From Asterionella formosa (lineage: Eukaryota), in the NCBI GenBank assembly GCA_002256025.1, contig NKIB01014000.1, positions 1-48,778 of the forward strand: a DNA stretch of 48,778 bases, written 5' to 3'. Of the stretch, positions 45,471 to 48,778 are shown piece by piece. Position 1 is the first letter of the stretch; the number at the start of each line of letters is the position of its first letter. The notes under the pieces are model-generated. The model searched no databases. It had not been told where the DNA came from and worked only from the letters and a program-made list of their open reading frames with translations. The translations under genes and the position numbers were made by a program.

Positions 45471-46891
45471 CTTATCACTTGGCAAGATGGCAATCCTGCC
45501 ACCTGGCCTCTTCCTCCTCCACTCTCAACAGAACGTCTTACAGTCTGTGTCCATACTGCATTCCTCCAGCAATCATTACCGTACCCTGATAATGTGTGCC
45601 AGCCTCCTTGTGTTCTTGATCTTCCTTGTATTTTTGTTATAGATCTGTTCCCTTTCTTCTGTAATTGTGTAATAATTAAGTGGTGTGGTTGTGCCACAAT
45701 TGCTCACGTTCATCAGGGAGATAACCGATGCCTGTTGTGGTTGGCCTGATAGTTCCGCAATACTTGTATTCTTAGCTCCGTGTAGTTGATTCTCTGTTCC
45801 AGTGCTCGGCAATGCTCCTGTTGGCTTCAACGGAACTGGCAAAGATGGCGGCGATCGATTCTTCTTCTTCTGCGCCTTCGACGTGACCTCTTTCCAATTG
45901 TTTACATTTTTGCCAGACGGATCAAGGTCCGTTAATGAAATACTGAACAGAAGTTTTTCGTCGTCGGAAGGAAAGGGAATACTCTTTTTTGGATACAAAT
46001 GTTGGTTCCTTACCATCCAGCAGTTGACCCCATATTGCCACAACGTTGACACCAAGTATGTGTTCCACTGTTCTGCTCAGCTTGTCATCATATAACCTTC
46101 GACTTCTACAATATGAGAAGTTCGCAATCCCCCATTGACAGCTAATCCTTCCCAACACTGTCTACATTATCAAATTTCAGTAGGTATAGTACTCTTTCCT
46201 TAATTTTTCTTCCAACATTGGGGAACATGGAGAGTGCACAACAGCAAGGGTTTGTGGTCAAATTCAAAAAAACGCTTTCTCATCTCATCTCATCTCCTCA
46301 CTCAGCATGCTAAGCCAAAGCAATTGCTTTCCTAGCCACTGCATACAATAGCTACCAGTACCTGTATGATAACTGTATCGATATTGTGAATTTTTTGACT
46401 CTCTCGATCTCATCGAAGGCGAGGAAAACGTTCACATCCCATGCTTCTTGTCTTAACCCTAGTTCGGAGAAAACATTGCTAGGGTTGTGAAAACGGCATG
46501 GAACAGGGAGTTTCCTACTATGAATTCTCATGATTTGAGTGTCCATTTGAATATTTGAATTAAATAGGAATCGGCGCCAGATTGATAGAGTTCCATTTTA
46601 AAAAAATGATATTTAAATGTTTCTACTTTTCCAACGTTGCTGTATGTAGACATAATTTTCCTCAATGCCAAAACTCATATAAAAATTAGGAGTATGCCAA
46701 CATGTATGCTCATGGCTCTTGTTTATATGTTGATAATGAATCTACATTGCTGTTTGTAGTTTAAATATCACACCACACACATTGTACATATCGTTATTAC
46801 CTCGAAAATTGGTGAAAAGTATATACGAGTGGTACTCCTTAGCAATAACAGTGCAAAGACTATTCTGAAATCATCACTGTACCCACATTCA

Positions 46892-48778
46892 TCATTTGGT
46901 GCAAAGTACCTTACAGTTAAAGTTGCTTTCGAGGATATGAACCTTATGTTCTGCACCCCAATCTTTGTAACATGCGATAGCACGTTCAAAAAATGGTCGA
47001 GAATCAAAACCAAGTGCATGCAACGCAAAACATGCTCGTTCATTTGCAAGACCTTCATAGTTTATGAAACCGTAGTTAGCTGAGATGTGAATGGCATGCT
47101 CGTTTGCTTGCAAAACCTTGTTTGTATCGCGTGATATTAAACCTATTTGCTCTGCTTCCAAGTGAGCAACAAATAATGTTGCAGTAACACATCCGCTGTT
47201 ACTCAGCTTCCTCATGTATCTTAGGACGTTTTCACCTTGTCGTCGATAACTTGTGCGACTTTGCAGAATTGAAGTCGATGCCAAAGCAAAGAAGGTAAGC
47301 CCGGAATAGAACTTGTACATCAGGAAAATCCAATGAAGCTGGAACCGCTTTCTGACCTTTTCAATTGCTACTATCATGTCCTTGGCAGTTGCTAGAGATC
47401 CAAGGTGAAATGCACTTACAAGTTTGGATATCCTGCAGAATATTAATAGATACTCATTGTAGGGTGATGAAGCTCGTTTCATTATTGCAGCCTCGTCCCT
47501 TCCACTTTGCTGCAGAAGTGGGTGGTAGTCATGATCACCTCCAACGAGCGACAGGATTGTCCACCAGAATTGTACTGCTTTCTCCAAGGAAGAATCTTGC
47601 TTGAATATTTGCATGCTTTCACACAACACTTTGCAGTCGTGTTCCAGGCTTTGCAATTCACGCCCACAGCAAAGTGACGTACAAATGTAGTTGAAAGCTG
47701 CAGTTGACGCATACTCCATGTCACCTTGAGTTGCTCCAACAACATGGGCTTGTCTGAATGCATCGGCAGCTTCGGTTAAAGATCTTTTCCAATGAAAATT
47801 AAAAACCCATGAAGTAACCAGAGTTAAACAGAAGTACTATTTACAACTTTGTTTGTCCAGCAGTTTGAGTGCAAGCATGCCAAACCGATATGCACTTTCT
47901 GAGTTTCCCAGCTTTGATTCCAACATACCATAAGCAGCAACTACAGAAGGTGACATAGATGATATACCTTTCTGTAGCAACAATTGAAAAAGTCGATGAA
48001 TTGCGAACACATACAATTTCGCTTCTCCAAGATAAAAGGCTGCAGCCATAATCTTGATGAGAATGGCTGTCACCATTATCACAGGTTCATCATCTTGAAG
48101 CAATGGGAGTGCAAGAATGAAATTATCTGATTTCCCATGGAGCAATTTCTTAGTCTTCGCAATTGAGCAAAGATTGAAAGACATTTGTCAATTGACTGCA
48201 TTGGCATGGCTTGCGCATTCAGTGCGTCAATCTCCGAATAGTAGGCAGATGCTTTATCTTCAATGGTTCGTGCATTCACGACGATGCGTTTTGCCATTGT
48301 ATCGCTATGTGCAAAGTCTCCAATGCAATAACCAATTTCTGCAGAGAGGCTAAACAGTCCCAGACAAAGATCGTAGTGTGTGCTCCACATGGTGTCTGCA
48401 TCAAGAAGCTCGATACCATATCGCAAATACTCGGAGGCGCTCAAAAACGCAGATTTCTCGCTTGCTGCTAATTTTGCTGCATCAAGGTTGAGTCGTGACA
48501 AGTCAACACGATCACCTTCCTCAACCAAGTATGGCGATGCATGATTTAGGTGGTGCACAACAGGAAATAGAAAATCTTTACATTTTGGTAGCAGCATCTC
48601 TCTTATTTGATTACCAATTGTCAAATGTATCATTGCCCGTTCCCTTCCTTTGGGAATAGAATCATAAAGAACAGTCTGAGGGCAGTCATGCACAAACTTC
48701 ATTTTGATTCCGGAATCATCGCATTTTTCGATAATACCTTCGGCAGTTGCAGCATCCAGGATTTTGGAAACCCTGTCA
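46892..48778 (-). pseudogene. Inactivated paralog of the STAND ATPase (3' part; 5' part lies beyond the window)
   Basis: Near-identical translation to residues ~452-1096 of 24492-27782, but with a 52-bp frameshifting deletion near 48170 and an AAG>TAG stop at 47837-47839. Confidence 0.9.

Larger units (their letters stand above)
43623..48778 (-). repeat. Right arm of the large inverted duplication (runs off the window end)
   Basis: Reverse-complement match to 25844-30838 as described for the left arm. Confidence 0.92.

Noticed and set aside
43623..48778. Inverted arm as a fold-back read artefact
   Set aside because: The arms differ by many substitutions, a 52-bp deletion and distinct spacers, unlike a same-molecule chimera. 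Allelic mis-assembly is still possible.

Overview
Eukaryotic DNA, most likely diatom: GT-AG introns, a CoDi-type Copia element, and stramenopile-style Gypsy/LINE debris. Apparently intact genes are a WD40-repeat/TRP-like cation channel (764-5017), a 3-exon ELO fatty-acid elongase, an ankyrin-repeat protein, a 2-exon BTB-like protein, a signal-peptide M14 carboxypeptidase, a STAND-type (COG3899/AAA_16-like) ATPase and an atypical Hsp70 with a C-terminal hydrophobic helix. Mobile DNA comprises a decayed Ty3/Gypsy element (7971-13476), a tRNA-derived SINE-like head (~14.2 kb), an internally deleted Copia with two 277-bp LTRs and a CTTAT target-site duplication (40785-45470), a truncated second Copia copy and LINE remnants. 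The right half is organised as a large imperfect inverted duplication (about 25844-30838 vs 43623-48778). Each arm carries STAND gene + host sequence + Copia, with uneven divergence, and the arms enclose the Hsp70 gene. Intergenic DNA upstream of several genes has dense clusters of GGTACC/ACCTGGT/ACCGGT palindromic motifs. All alignments and counts were made by eye and no database searches were run.
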